DNA of 64,000 bases, taken from positions 88,722,001 through 88,786,000 of the forward strand of contig NC_043003.1 in the NCBI RefSeq assembly GCF_006345805.1, in the 5' to 3' direction. The DNA is from Octopus sinensis (taxonomy: Eukaryota). Position numbers and translations under genes: made by a program. Under the pieces are notes generated by a model. It ran no database searches, had not been told where the DNA came from, and saw nothing but the letters and a program-made list of their open reading frames with translations. Of the stretch, positions 50,801 to 60,719 are shown piece by piece (the first letter of the stretch is position 1; every line of letters begins with the position of its first letter).

Positions 50801-52649
50801 TAGCAATCCAAAAACCTTCTTTGCCCATGTCCAGCGGAATTCCCGCTTGAACAATCAGATTGCAACGTTGGTAGACTCAACAGGCGTATCGATTGAGGAC
50901 CCTTATCAACAGAGTCAATTATTTGCCGAGGCTTTTTCAACTATTTTCAAACAAGATGGTCGTGAACCCCCTCCATTTGATAGATCGGTACCTCCAATGC
51001 TTCGATTGGTCATCACGCGGGACGAAGTCAAACGTGTTATTCAAGGCCTCGATGTCAACAAGGGTCACGGCCCTGACGGCATACACCCATGGGTTATCAA
51101 AGCGTTGGCTCCGGTCATCTGCGAGCCCTTAACGCGACTATTCAATATGTCATTGGCGACGGGTGTTATACCTGCAGACTGGAGAACAGCGATAATCTGC
51201 CCAATTTTCAAGAAAGGGAGCCGCGAAGACCCGCTTAACTACCGACCGGTTTCCCTTACATCAATAATCAGCAAGATGTTCGAAACCATCCTTAAGAAAA
51301 GTATGATGCTCCACCTCCTAAACACAGCCTATTACTTGTCAAGCTTCAAGCATATAGTTTCCATCCGGATATTGTACGATGGGTTGGTGCCTTCCTCTCA
51401 GATCGCTCCTTCCAAGTCCAAGTTAATGGTTCGCGGTCCAACGTCTCCAGTGCGAGCAGTGGCATGCCTCAAGGTTCAGTGCTTGGGCCCTTGTTGTTCT
51501 TAGTCTTCATAAATGACTTGCCCGACGACCTCACGCAACACACCCTTCTATTTGTCGACGATATCAAACTGGTCGCTCCTCGCGGTAATGTAGAGGATCT
51601 TCGTCGATGCATCCACCAAATTTGGAAGTGGTCTAACGATTGGGACCTGTGTCTGAACGTGTCAAAGTGCTGTCGGCTCTACTCCTGCAACTCAACTTGA
51701 TTTCGAGCCGGGTCGTCTGCTGCTGGAGAGGACCGATCAGGTAAAGGACCTAGGTATCTTGGTGGATTCCTCCTTTTCGCCTTCGGCCCAGTGTGTCCAT
51801 GCTGCCAACAAAGCACGCGGAATTCTGTTCTTGATTCGACGGTCATTCGGAATGCTCACAGCAGCCATATTCCTACCACTCTATGTCACGCTGGTGAGAC
51901 CCATATTGGAGTATGGGATTCAAGCCTCTTCTCCTTATCTCCTCAAAGACATACAGCATCTCGAAAGAGTCCAGAAGCTGGCTACCCGCATGGTTCATGG
52001 TCTCAAAAATTTGTCCTACGAAGAAAGGCTGAGGACGCTCAACCTTTATTCTCTTGAAAAACGCCGCCGCCGTAGTGATCTCATTCTCGCCCACAACATC
52101 ATAAGCGGAAAGTGTAACCTCTCGAAAGAGCTGTTCTTCACTCCTGCTCCAGAGCGTCGGCTGCGGGGTCATTCCGAAAAGCTCTACCTGCGACGATTTC
52201 ATCTCAATCGAAGGAGAGGAGCTTTCTCCGTCCGGGTTGCGGATCCGTTGAACAAGCTGCCAGACGAGATGGTAAAGATGCCGACGACCGCTTTGTTCAA
52301 AGCCTCCCTGGACCTCAAGTGGCCTGAACTCTTTACATAAACACCACCCTGTACTTAACTCCATGTCCCCCTACATGGCCTTGCTATTTGCTTTTGAGCC
52401 AAATTAACTAACTAACTAACTAAGGTCATATTAAAAAAGGGCCATATTTTATCAAAACAATTCACTACAATCCCACAAGTCAAGGTAGTCATTTGGTTAA
52501 CTAGAAATAGCAAGCAAGCTCCCTCAAAGCACACTTTATCTTTAAAAAAGATGGAATTGTCAATGCCTGTCAACCTGGAGTGAACTCAGCAACATCAAGT
52601 AAGAATGCTGTTAGAGACTAAAAATATATTGAAACCACAAGGTTACATC

Positions 52650-52680
<31 letters not shown>

Positions 52681-55600
52681 CATGTGAATGTAGAAGAGGA
52701 AAGTTTATACTTTGTTGAATTATCCTCATTCCCATTGCAAAATGCTTCTGAGATAAATTTAAAATTAAAATGTACATGTAAATTTAGTATTAATATTTTA
52801 ATGATAATAATGATTATTATTAAATACTACAGCTTTCCCTCCAAGCCCAGTTAGCGATATGGTGCATAAGCTTAGTTTACACAAGGGCTGTGCTCAACAT
52901 TCATCACCATCGTCTTTCATATATTTAAAATACATTCCCAGATATCGTTCCATTTCTTTACTGCTGTTCTTGAATCAACAACTCGCTCATTCACTCTTTC
53001 TTGAATCAACACTAAGTTTTTGTTATAATTATTCAAATGTGACTTAGTCAATGAATCTAGGATTCCCCCATTTCTTTCAATATCTAGTTGCTGAGGCCAC
53101 ACGTAATTTTCATTTCATTTCAATTTAAACCAGACTCCCATTCCTATAGCAAAATGCTTATGAGATAAATTTATCAATTAAAAATGTACACGTATATTAA
53201 TTTAGTATTAATATTTTAATGATAAGAATAATAATTACTATTAAATACTATGGCTTTCCTTCTGAACCCAATTAGCTATATGGTGTGTAAGCTTAGTTTA
53301 CACGAGATGTGCTGAACATCCATTTTGCACACTTGTTACAACACCCACCCTCCCCCACCACCAACATTTTAATTTGTACATTTACATTTTCACCAGGTGA
53401 CTCATACGTTTCATGTGCTGTCATCATCATCATCATCATCGTTTAACGTCCGCTTTCCATGCTAGCATGGGTTGGACGGTTCAACTGGGGTCTGGCAAGC
53501 TCGAAGGCTGCACCAGGCCAGTCAGATCTGGCAGTGTTTCTACAGCTGGATGCCCTTCCTAACGCCAACCACTCCGAGAGTGTAGTGGGTGATTTTATGT
53601 GCCACCGACACAGGTGCCAGACGAGGCTGGCAGACGGCCACGCTCGGATGGTGATTTTACGTGCCACCAACACAGGTGCCAGACAAGGCTGGCAGACGGC
53701 CACGCTCGGATGGTGTTTTTTTATGTGCCACCGACACAGGTGCCAGACGAGGCTGGCAGACGGCCAAGCTCGGATGGTGTTTTCTTATGTGCCACCGACA
53801 CAGGTGCCAGACGAGGCTGGCGAACGGCCACGCTCGGATGGTGTTTGTTACGTGCCCTCAGCACGGAGGCCAGTCGATGCGGTACTGGCTACGGTCACGT
53901 TCGGATGGTTTTCTTATGTGCCACCGGCACTGGTACCACAAGGATACAAATTCCATTGAAGTTCATCTATGTATGTGAATACATATTTTGAGCATGCCCT
54001 TATACCCAATCCTTATAACCCTCATACAAGTGCCCTGACATGTTCTTCATATATGAAAAGACATAATACTGCCCTATGTAACCACCCTATTCTCATGCCC
54101 ACTAGTTGGCTCTTGCTCTAGATCAGTGCCTTTCAAACTTTTTGCTGGAGTGGAACCCCAAGGAAATATTCCACTGGCTCGAGGAACCCCTGTGCAATAA
54201 TTTAATAGTCTTATGCACACAAATCAGCACAGGAGAATTAAAAATTACTGCCGATTTTAGCAGTTTTGTAACTTCTTGCGGAACTCCTGGACTGTACTGG
54301 CGGAACCCTAAGGTTCCACGAAACCCTGGTTGAAAACTCAGTATCAAAACTCAATGCAGGCTGGCAAGCTTTTTCGCAGATCTTCATAATGACAAAATTG
54401 CCACAACTACCTTACCGCAACCACCCCCAAGTACTCAGAGCCAGTACTATCAATGTTGGCACAATAAAAGGAAAGAGTGGGGAGATAGTTGAAATGTTAG
54501 AGCGACGCCATATTGATGTATGTAATGTATAAGAAGCTAGATGGAGGGGTGCCTCAGATAGATTCCATTCTTCTTGGTCAGCAGGAATGATGGAGTGGGT
54601 GGAGTAGGTATACAGTTAGCAGAAAAGTGAGTAGATAAGGTAATTGAGGTAGTCAGAGTATGAGATAGGGTAATTAATATGAGACTTATCATAGGTAAAT
54701 TAACAGTTACATTCATCTCTGCTTATGCTTCTCAGTCTGGGCTGACTGATGAGAAGAAGGACCAATTCTATGAGATCCTTTTGCAGACCACCTCAACAAC
54801 AAATGACAAGACTTTGTTACTGTGACTGGTGACTTCAATGGACATGTTAGACAGTATCCCCATGGATTCCATGGAGTGCAGGGGGGCTATGGTTTTGGAC
54901 CTAGAAATGAGGAAGAAACAAGACTGCTGAGTTCTGTGATGCAAATTATCTCATGATCTGCAACACTAACTTAAAAAAACCCAGATAGCTACTTAATCAT
55001 TGATCAGTCTGGTGAGCACATAAGCCAGACTGACTACCTCCTCACCAGGCAACAAGATAGATGGACGCTTAAAAATGCAAAGTCTTTCCCAGGTGAAGAG
55101 TGTACAACAACATACGTCACTAGTTAGTGACTTCAGAATTAGAGCTAGAAAGACTCAGAGAAATAAGCCAATCTGGAAAAGAAGATTATGGAAGCTCAAA
55201 GACCCAGCAAACAGACAAAAATTTAGAGATTTACTAATGGAAGCTTCTGACAAAAGAGAGGGAGAGTTGGGACAATTAGGTTACAGGACAACTAGAAGTT
55301 CTTGCAGAACAATCTACTGAGAGCTACGGATGAAATCTGAGGTTGGTGCAGACTCCCAGCTACACCAAGGATGACATGGGGGTGGAGCAAAAAGTTTGAC
55401 AGTGTTATAAAAGCAAAAAGACAGGCCTGGAAAGACTGGTAAAACAGTAGAAGTAGAGAATTATATCATGTAGCCAAAGGGCAGTTAGGTATCAGAAATA
55501 CTTAGCAAAAGGAATAGCTGAAGGTAAGAGATTTGCATATGTCCTACAACATGAGGATCAGAGGTGTGAGGTGTTCAGGATTGCGAAGCAGTGTAACAGA

Positions 55601-58600
55601 GAAAATAAAGATGTGGTAGGTGAGAAATGTGTACAAATGGATAATGGTAGGCTTACACTTAGTGAAAGATGCATGGAAGTGTCACTATGAAAGGTTACTA
55701 AACATGGAAAATGAATGGGAGGAGAGTTTACCAAATATCAAACCAATTGAGGGACCAGCCATCAGAGTTGATAGCAGCATAATAGATAAGGCAGAAGATA
55801 GGGAAAGCCCCTGGGCCATCAGGAATCACTGCCGAGATGATTAAAATTTCTAGTGGTGTAGGATACAGCTTAGTCACCTGTATAGTTAATCAGGTTATTC
55901 AGGAAGGTACCATCCCCAGTGACTGGTGTAGAAACATTATAGTTAGCTACTACAAGGGTAAAGGTGATGCCTTAGATAGAAACTACAGAAGTATTAAACT
56001 GCTAGACAAAGTCATGAAAATTACTGAGAGGGTTATAGCTCAATTGATTAGAAACAAAATTAAACTAGATGAGATGCAGTTTGGTTTTGTAGCTGGGAAG
56101 AGCACCACAGATACCATCTTCCTAGTGAGACAGCTACAGGAAAAGTACTTGGCCAAAAGTAAGCCACTGTACTAAGCCTTCATCGACCTGGAGAAAACTT
56201 TCGACAGAGTTCCTTGCTGTTATGTGGTGGTCTCTAAGGAAGTTAGGAGTGATGAGTGGCTTGTTAGGGCTGTCCAAGCCATGTACAGTGGTGCTATCAG
56301 TAAGGTGAGATTCAGCTATGAATACACTGATGAATGTAGTGTTCAGGTAGGGGTTCACTAGGGTTCAGTTCTCAGCCCACTCTTATTCATTCTAGTCCTC
56401 AGGCCATAACCAAGGTATTCAAAACTAGGTGCCAGTGGGAACTACTATATGCTGATGACCTTGCTCTTACTGCAGAATCTTTAGCAGAATTGGAGAAGAA
56501 ATTCCAGTTATGGAAACAAAACCTGGAATCAAAGGACCTTAAAGTTAACCTAGCTAAGGCAAAAGTGGTTGTTAGTAAGAAAGGTAAATGGCCCTGCTCC
56601 ATATGTAGGAAAGGAGTTGGAAGAAATTCTATTCTCTGCACCCAATGTCAACTATGGACACATAAGAGGTGCAGTGATATCAAAGGTAAATTAACAGATA
56701 AAGTAATCTTTGTATATGGCAGATGTGCAGGAACAATAAGCATTAAGAGCACACAGGAATTAGATCCTCTCAAATGCCCAGGAGGCTCTCTTGAGGTTGT
56801 AGGTAGTTTCTATGACCTAGGTGACCAAATTAGCAATGGTACAGGATGCTTTGAAAGTATTGTTTCTAGAATAAGAATTGGGTGGAGGTTCAGAGAGGTT
56901 CAGAAGTTCAGAGAGCTATTACCTGTTGGCAACAAAAGGATTCTCTCTCAGAGTGAAAGGTAGACTATATGATGCTTGTGTATGAACAGCTATACTCCAT
57001 GGTAGTGAAACATGGGCTCTGAATGCAGAAGACATGCGTAGACTGGAGAGAAACAAAGGTATTATGCTCCACTGGATGTGCAACATCAGTGCACATGGAC
57101 AGCAAAGTGCAAATGTATTGAGAGAAAAATTGGGCATAAGCGGAATCAAATGTAGCATGCAAGAGAGAAGACTACGTCGGTTTGGACATGTGATGTATAT
57201 GAATGAGGACAGCTGCATAAAGAAGTGTCAATTACTGAAAGTGGAAGATGGAGATCCGTGAAGACATGAGATGAAGTGGTAAGGACTATCGCAGGAAGTT
57301 GGGCTTCACAGAGTAAATGACAATGGACCGAAATGTTACAGGATTTGAAGTTCTTGAGAAGACCTACCCGCATCAATGAAACTGAATTCTAGAAGCGCTG
57401 TGTCCCCCATCCACAATTAAAACTTCTCACACACTATCACTACAAACCACACTACATCTCCACATCTCTTCACTTCCTCACATTTCCGCTTTATGTACTA
57501 TGATTACCTTCCACTCCCCAATCCTGTCCTCTTGGCCCTGTGCCACTGTATCATTGCTCTTTGCTTGCCCCCAACTTGTGTGTTTTACTCACATGCCCTA
57601 TCTCATTCTAACATTGCTACCTGCTAGCCCCTGACCTGTGTGTTTCACCCACACATAAGAAAACTTTTTCCCTCACCCTACCGCAACAAACCAATCTACA
57701 TCTCTTTCTCATATTTCCTCCTTCATACACTATGCTTAGCTCTCACTCCCCAATCCTGTCCTTATACCCCTGTTCCTCTCTATCATTGCTATCCAGTAGC
57801 CCTTCCAACTCTATATATACCCAGGTCTTTCACTATTTACTCACTCTTTAATCATATTCCCTTCACAATATCCTGTCACTCATATTATGGCATTTGAACC
57901 TCCAAGGTATGCCCCAGCACTTGCCACCATCTATATCTCTCTCTTCCTTTACTCAACCATCTTATTTATATTCTGATCCCTGTTCCTTGTGAGTATGCCT
58001 GGCATTTTGCTACCATCTCTATCCTGCTGCCTCCCACTCTCTCTCTCTCCTGCACTTCCCTCAGGTTGGGAAACTGTATATTTTCTTTGCAGTAACACAC
58101 CTGTTTCTGTCTTCATTCCTGATCTGTCTCTCTCCAGCCGGGTAACTTCGTACTTCCTCTACAGCAAGACACCTGTATCTATCTCACTATAACCTTTTCA
58201 TCATCACCTCCTCCTCTCTTAAATTCTTTTTTATGATGTCTTGCAAGTACTTGGCGATCCTGTCAGTGCAGGTACCACTTAAAAGCACCCAGTCTACACT
58301 GTAAAGTGGTTGGTGTTTGGAAGGGAATCCAGCTCTACAAAAATAGCCTGTGCTTGTGCCATGTAAAAAGCACTACTCACCTCAACTGTGCTTGTGTCAT
58401 GTAAAAAGCACTACTCACTATGCCTGTGCATGTACCACATAAAAAGCATTAAGTCCACTTGGTTGAGTGGTTGGCATCTAGCTGTAAAATTCTGCCAAAA
58501 CAGTCACAGAAGTTTGGTGCAGGCTTCGACCTGGCTGGCTCTTGTGGTGCCATCCCACCCATGCTAGCATGGAAGACAGACGTTAAATGATGATGAGAGG

Positions 58601-58785
58601 AGACACATGGCTACTCCACATTATATAAGAGTGTATATGACATCGTTAGTAAGGGTTATTCTAAACAACAAAGCAATGTTAATAAAGAAGGGGATACTAA
58701 AGGTTACATACCTTTAAGGTGAGGAACTCTTCTTGTTCATTTTGTAGGTCCTTTAACTTTGTAGAAGATACTTTATATCTGTTTT
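19918..58785 (-). CDS. TPR: Nucleoprotein TPR (Tpr/Megator), partial; 16 internal exons, 1553 nt, N-terminal coiled-coil region
   Basis: All 16 exons have AG/GT ends and compatible phases and join without a stop. Peptides match recalled TPR motifs: LENELRNANDLLSK, SPTAAATSKLLKSGMTLTQIY, EIEEKAPILRQQREDYE, EEVSS, QELQVQNQRLL. The start exons and the downstream exons were not found in the window. Confidence 0.95.
20420..20573. mobile_element. Mariner-type MITE
   Basis: 31-bp inverted ends: cacgaggggatgctgaaaagttcctggcttt / aaagccaggaacttttcagcacctcttcgtg. Confidence 0.8.
20650..21460 (-). mobile_element. Highly decayed non-LTR RT remnant, clade uncertain
   Basis: Broken motifs resembling GDPLSP.LF and LRYA(DD), with many stops. 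Confidence 0.35.
22256..22357 (-). CDS. TPR: TPR exon, 102 nt: (K)SVQELQVQNQRLLEVVRKLSEDRETEEQAATDA
   Basis: ttttccatag acceptor, aa|gtaaag donor; ELQ.QNQRLL motif. Confidence 0.94.
23429..23553 (-). CDS. TPR: TPR exon, 125 nt: VQFLLREVEELRGGHIVANEEVSSTEVTSSSQLISERLVTF
   Basis: atag acceptor, aa|gtaag donor; LL.E.EE.RG.H...EEVSS motif. Confidence 0.94.
24827..24934 (-). CDS. TPR: TPR exon, 108 nt: EGQKLRSETEETRRRMTYSQREIKRLTQQSTDLGQQ
   Basis: ttttcaag acceptor, cag|gtgag donor. Confidence 0.92.
25093..26295 (-). mobile_element. Tc1/mariner (maT-like) transposon, decayed transposase
   Basis: TA-flanked inverted ends cagggtgcataagatattt / aaatacctcatgcactctg; WPPNSPDLNPLDYYMW; FRSHIEAIVEAEGGFIE; HTH-like N-terminus. 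Confidence 0.88.
26800..27480 (-). mobile_element. Decayed RTE-like LINE RT fragment
   Basis: FKYLG...ELDARIAGA...LFNLVFMPILIY.YECW. Confidence 0.7.
27647..27844 (-). CDS. TPR: TPR exon, 198 nt: IYSEYVQAIEELQLEKEENKRLKSYLDQIMQEIEEKAPILRQQREDYEQALHTITQLTHKLDTAML
   Basis: ttag acceptor, ttg|gtaag donor; KAPIL..QRE.YE motif. Confidence 0.95.
28447..28544 (-). CDS. TPR: TPR exon, 98 nt: (L)CGTEMSAESIASVSPTAAATSKLLKSGMTLTQ
   Basis: ctctag acceptor, cag|gtaac donor; hallmark SPTAAA..K..K.GM.LT motif. A second in-frame AG lies 12 nt downstream. Confidence 0.95.
28870..29300 (-). mobile_element. Penelope-like element, C-terminal GIY-YIG endonuclease remnant
   Basis: IHWKILAKCNPYTNGSGKCGLCDIE resembles the conserved WKI....PY.....C.LC..E end of Penelope endonucleases; stops lie upstream. 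Confidence 0.7.
30098..30167 (+). ncRNA. Minimal type I hammerhead ribozyme candidate
   Basis: Stem I GCC-AGATAA/TTATCT-T-GGC; CTGAAGA 30107-13; stem II GATG/CATC with one extra C; GAAA 30145-48; stem III ACTC-A-GAGT; GUU site. Confidence 0.65.
30297..30892. mobile_element. Penelope-like terminal structure: direct repeat (336-bp offset) plus a 125-bp inverted repeat
   Basis: 30590-30714 pairs with 30768-30892 (53-nt loop); 30297-30412 repeats 30633-30770 with an internal deletion. Confidence 0.75.
30441..30487 (-). ncRNA. Minimal type I hammerhead with a core U4-to-C change
   Basis: Minus strand reads TCGAGA CCGATGA AGGA caatga TCCT GAAA CATGCGTG TC TCTAGA. Confidence 0.6.
30893..31660 (-). 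mobile_element. Tigger/pogo-like transposase remnant
   Basis: MPPK...QKKVMTLYVKAQLLDM...ESIIHYIKKNE resembles a CENP-B/psq-type HTH; decayed downstream sequence. Confidence 0.65.
32237..32800 (-). mobile_element. RTE 3' tail with six 60-62-bp tandem units alternating A/B
   Basis: (CAT)n end; ttttacg(t/a)g(c/t)cacc recurs with spacings 62, 60, 62, 61, 62, 61. Confidence 0.9.
32868..33640 (-). mobile_element. Decayed RTE ORF C-terminal fragment of the same family as 2272-5391
   Basis: Nucleotide similarity to the reverse complement of 4330-5150; stops and frameshifts. Confidence 0.8.
33695..34895 (-). mobile_element. Decayed CR1-like LINE related to 16490-17871
   Basis: Shared 3' motif gaaggttgtggccatgc; SYADNTKV; tttgcaaagtc (DFAK). 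Confidence 0.8.
34907..35210 (+). mobile_element. Mariner transposase N-terminal remnant
   Basis: WLTEFTVGDCSLSDEEHSGRP motif. Confidence 0.7.
35447..35512 (-). CDS. TPR: TPR exon, 66 nt: (D)KKTKNLENELRNANDLLSKSK
   Basis: ttgcag acceptor, c|gtaagt donor; NANDLLS motif. Confidence 0.93.
35741..35809 (-). CDS. TPR: TPR exon, 69 nt: (G)RSKLEAMKDMEKSKFLQQLEEK
   Basis: tctag acceptor, g|gtaaag donor; phase 1 to 1. Confidence 0.88.
36093..36180 (-). CDS. TPR: TPR exon, 88 nt: GLSEDSENKIKELLRAVSELQNLLKEASE
   Basis: atag acceptor, g|gtaaa donor; ELxRAVxEL..LLKEA motif. Confidence 0.93.
37005..37230 (-). mobile_element. Decayed RTE 3'-tail copies
   Basis: ttccatgctggcatgggtgggacgg...gctggatgcccttccaaatgccaacc. 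Confidence 0.75.
38293..38373 (-). CDS. TPR: TPR exon, 81 nt: ARDDQIKAEFQFQQELQSQTKLVNLYK
   Basis: gaag acceptor, aag|gtgag donor; KLxNLYK motif of TPR. Confidence 0.93.
38995..39212 (-). mobile_element. tRNA-derived SINE
   Basis: Minus strand ggcagcgagctggcagaa...ctgagtttaaattcc (A/B-box-like), then gcctttcatcc...gataaattaagtaccag. Confidence 0.75.
39411..39503 (-). CDS. TPR: TPR exon, 93 nt: AMLLKENIESLKNVNNEQRKKIEEFNEKLKD
   Basis: aaag acceptor, gat|gtaag donor; phase 0 to 0. Confidence 0.88.
40112..40162 (-). CDS. TPR: TPR exon, 51 nt: TAQLLKVQSELDMKTDE
   Basis: tttgcag acceptor, gag|gtag donor. Confidence 0.85.
41195..41520 (+). mobile_element. Same SINE family, two decayed tandem copies
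   Basis: gagttcaaattccgccaaggttgactttgcctttcatcctttcagggtcaataaatttagtacc. Confidence 0.7.
41671..41784 (-). CDS. TPR: TPR exon, 114 nt: YQKERFSEEIKQLKGQVDYLNSELEKKITDQQNIVKDK
   Basis: ttcttag acceptor, aag|gtatt donor; phase 0 to 0. Confidence 0.9.
42200..45230 (+). mobile_element. Decayed L1/Tx1-like LINE interrupted by a SINE
   Basis: RSYIDKILI (APE); PGLDGLPYKLY; NFQPITLVHTELKILAKVL; LDQAKSFNRVDH; RQGCPLSPLLY; SAYADNI. Confidence 0.85.
44118..44370 (+). mobile_element. tRNA-headed SINE with an (AAT)n linker and a hammerhead-like 3' part
   Basis: taatggttaagaac (A-box-like), gagtttgattcc (B-box-like), (AAT)n, then gacgcCTGATGAaggctg...cagctGAAAcgTTgtgtt. Confidence 0.7.
45708..45811 (-). 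CDS. TPR: TPR exon, 104 nt: EECKELSEKFSEANRGKSEALAKVEEFHSNDIIAK
   Basis: tttcag acceptor, aag|gtgaa donor; phase 1 to 0. Confidence 0.9.
46439..47867. mobile_element. piggyBac-type non-autonomous element
   Basis: TTAA|CTCTTTCGTTACTA ... TAGTAACGAAAGGG|TTAA; internal ~150-bp direct repeat near 46925 and 47100. Confidence 0.75.
49046..49142 (-). CDS. TPR: TPR exon, 97 nt: IQLSKSNEQLEAEKKELAILLEKRSKEVDRLN
   Basis: ttttgaag acceptor, g|gtaag donor; LEAEK motif as in TPR. Confidence 0.92.
49450..52423 (+). mobile_element. CR1-clade LINE: ORF1 tail plus frameshifted ORF2 with an internal RT deletion; (TAAC)n tail
   Basis: IAITETWL, VLGDFNAP, SDHAVL, GPDGIHP, NYRPVSLTS, MPQGSVLGPLLF, FVDD; the QHGF-LDF.KAFD block is missing near 51335; ends taactaactaactaa. 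Confidence 0.9.
52730..53320. repeat. Diverged ~180-bp direct duplication (about 52730-52900 and 53140-53320)
   Basis: gcaaaatgctt(c/a)tgagataaattt...taagcttagtttacac occurs twice. Confidence 0.85.
53422..53945 (-). mobile_element. RTE 3' tail with four to five homogeneous ~62-64-bp tandem units
   Basis: (CAT)n end; gtgccaccgacacaggtgccagacgaggctggcagacggccacgctcggatggtg repeats. Confidence 0.9.
54124..54340. mobile_element. hAT-like MITE
   Basis: Ends cagtgcctttcaaac / ggttgaaaactca; no clear 8-bp target duplication. Confidence 0.5.
54420..58597 (+). mobile_element. Near full-length decayed RTE of the same family, with a long CT-rich 3' UTR and (GAT)n end
   Basis: Colinear with 2340-5390, including WPCSICRKGVGRNSILCTQCQLWTHKRC; many stops; ends ccatgctagcatggaagacagacgttaaatgatgatg. 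Confidence 0.9.
58712..58785 (-). CDS. TPR: TPR exon, 74 nt: (E)NRYKVSSTKLKDLQNEQEEFLTLK
   Basis: Acceptor ttttttag, donor aag|gtatgt; ends in phase 0, matching the next exon; coiled-coil composition. Confidence 0.8.
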
Positions 58786-59579
58786 CTAAAAAAAAGTCAG
58801 AGAAACTTGTCAAGCATCAAAATCCACTGCATCACATGAAACTAAGTAAACATCATATGTTTCAACATCACACTGGTAGCAGAGTATTGTGAAAATAGTG
58901 ATTTCTGATCCATGTAATAAGTATATAATAGATGTTGGGTCAGTAGAGGTAAAATGACCAAAGAAGTAAGGATTTGACCAACATGTTTATAGTATTGGAG
59001 TTCATGTCCACACCAAGTGTATATCTGTATCATAAATATAGTTGATTCAACATAGGAGGAAAGACACAAACTCTGTGAATGCTATCTACAACAGAGCAGT
59101 ACTGTATACAGAACATTCACCTAACACAAAACAATTTAGAGTTTTAAGAAATTTTTTGTAAAAATATCAACAAATAACAAGAATTTTAATTATCAAAAGA
59201 CTAAGGCTAAATGTGTGATGCTGTCACATGGTTAGTTGAAGGGAGAAGCGAAAAGAGAGTGACAAATACTAGGAGAAAGAGATTGCTATTATATGGTTAA
59301 ATACTGAGTTGAAGAGAGACAGAGAGAGTTTACTGAAGGGAATGTGAAAATAGAAAATACTATAATAGTTACCAAGCATACACACTATTGTCAATGACTG
59401 AGATTTCTACAGGTCCACTTACAGCATACTGAGATTTGTTAAAGCACAACCAAGTTAGTCACACCATAACACAATAATCATCATCAATAATCATCATCAT
59501 CTGACATTCATTTTCCATGCTGGCATATAAATGTCTGATTTCATTTTATAGTTTAAAATGTTTAAAGCATTTGCTCTGC

Positions 59580-59800
59580 AGATTCAACACATTTTCGATA
59601 ATTTTGATTGAACCGTCACAATGGAAAGGAGAATAGAAGTGAACCAGTATTTTCTCATGGACAATTAAATGTACAGCTTTTGAGAGCACTTTCACTTCTT
59701 GAAAGGATATAGGGATATTAGATAATTTTAAATAAGTGCGCCAATTTGTGGTAGCTGGCAATATGACGCAATGTCGTATTGCCAAAGAAATATTATTGTC
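59580..59800 (+). mobile_element. Possible Helitron/Pif1 helicase C-terminal remnant
   Basis: gaaccagtattttctcatggacaattaaatgta = EPVFSHGQLNV, resembling PVFSHGQLYVA; short and degraded. Confidence 0.4.
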
Positions 59801-60719
59801 GTTTTTCCATTGGTTAATATAACTGCTCACATAGGAATTCTAAGAATTAGTTAAATAATATTTGTATGTAATTTCAATTCTTTAAAGTTGAGCAGTTATA
59901 AAAACCCTGGATTTTGGGAAAAACTTCAATGTTTGTTGGATGTAACTAAACTCCACGACACTCACTCCTTTGAGACTGGTGATTTTTCATGCCATGTCCA
60001 AGGAAAATCCAACAAGTCTTGTTTGAATTGTTGAGATTTAATATTAGCTAGAATGAGAAATTAGATAGTTAAAATATATAGTCGTAATTCTCTACGACAA
60101 AATTTACTTTTCTTCAAAATGTATATAATAAAAATTAATGTAGAAAATGTTTTCTGTTTCTTCACATTCTTCAACTATATATAAAATGTATTTCTGTAAT
60201 TATTAAACTGTATTTTTTTATAGCGGTTAAAAGAACACGAAAATATATTTAACATACATACCCGCTAATGTTCACAAGCGTTCCAGAAAGTATATTTCTC
60301 TATGGAGTTTATATAGCTGTAGTTAGGACTTGCGTATAATGATAACACTTAAATAAGTTATAAGTGACGGTTTTATCATTATATATCCCTACTTTAAAAG
60401 CTAAATAATTTTATCTATTTCCAAATAGGAAACATAAGTAGTGCTGCATTAACTGTAAACAAACTAACTAGAAAATATACGCTATAATATATAACATAAG
60501 AGAAACTTGGAAGCCATACTGCTATATTAGTTTAATTATTGTTATTACATAACAATAGGGTGCTAGCAACGTTATCAACAAATATACCATTGAGCAAGAG
60601 CTAATCTTTTAACTAAAAAAAACCTGTCATCTAGTTTTGACATGAAATTGAATCAAACTTTACAGCTAGCCTTAAGGAATACCAAAATTGTAGTTAGCAA
60701 AAAAGTGGATAAAACATTC

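Noticed and set aside
52815-52900. H/ACA snoRNA-like hairpin followed by ACA
   Set aside because: The ACA is on the strand antisense to the host gene, there is no second hairpin or clear H box, and pairing is not kept in the duplicate.
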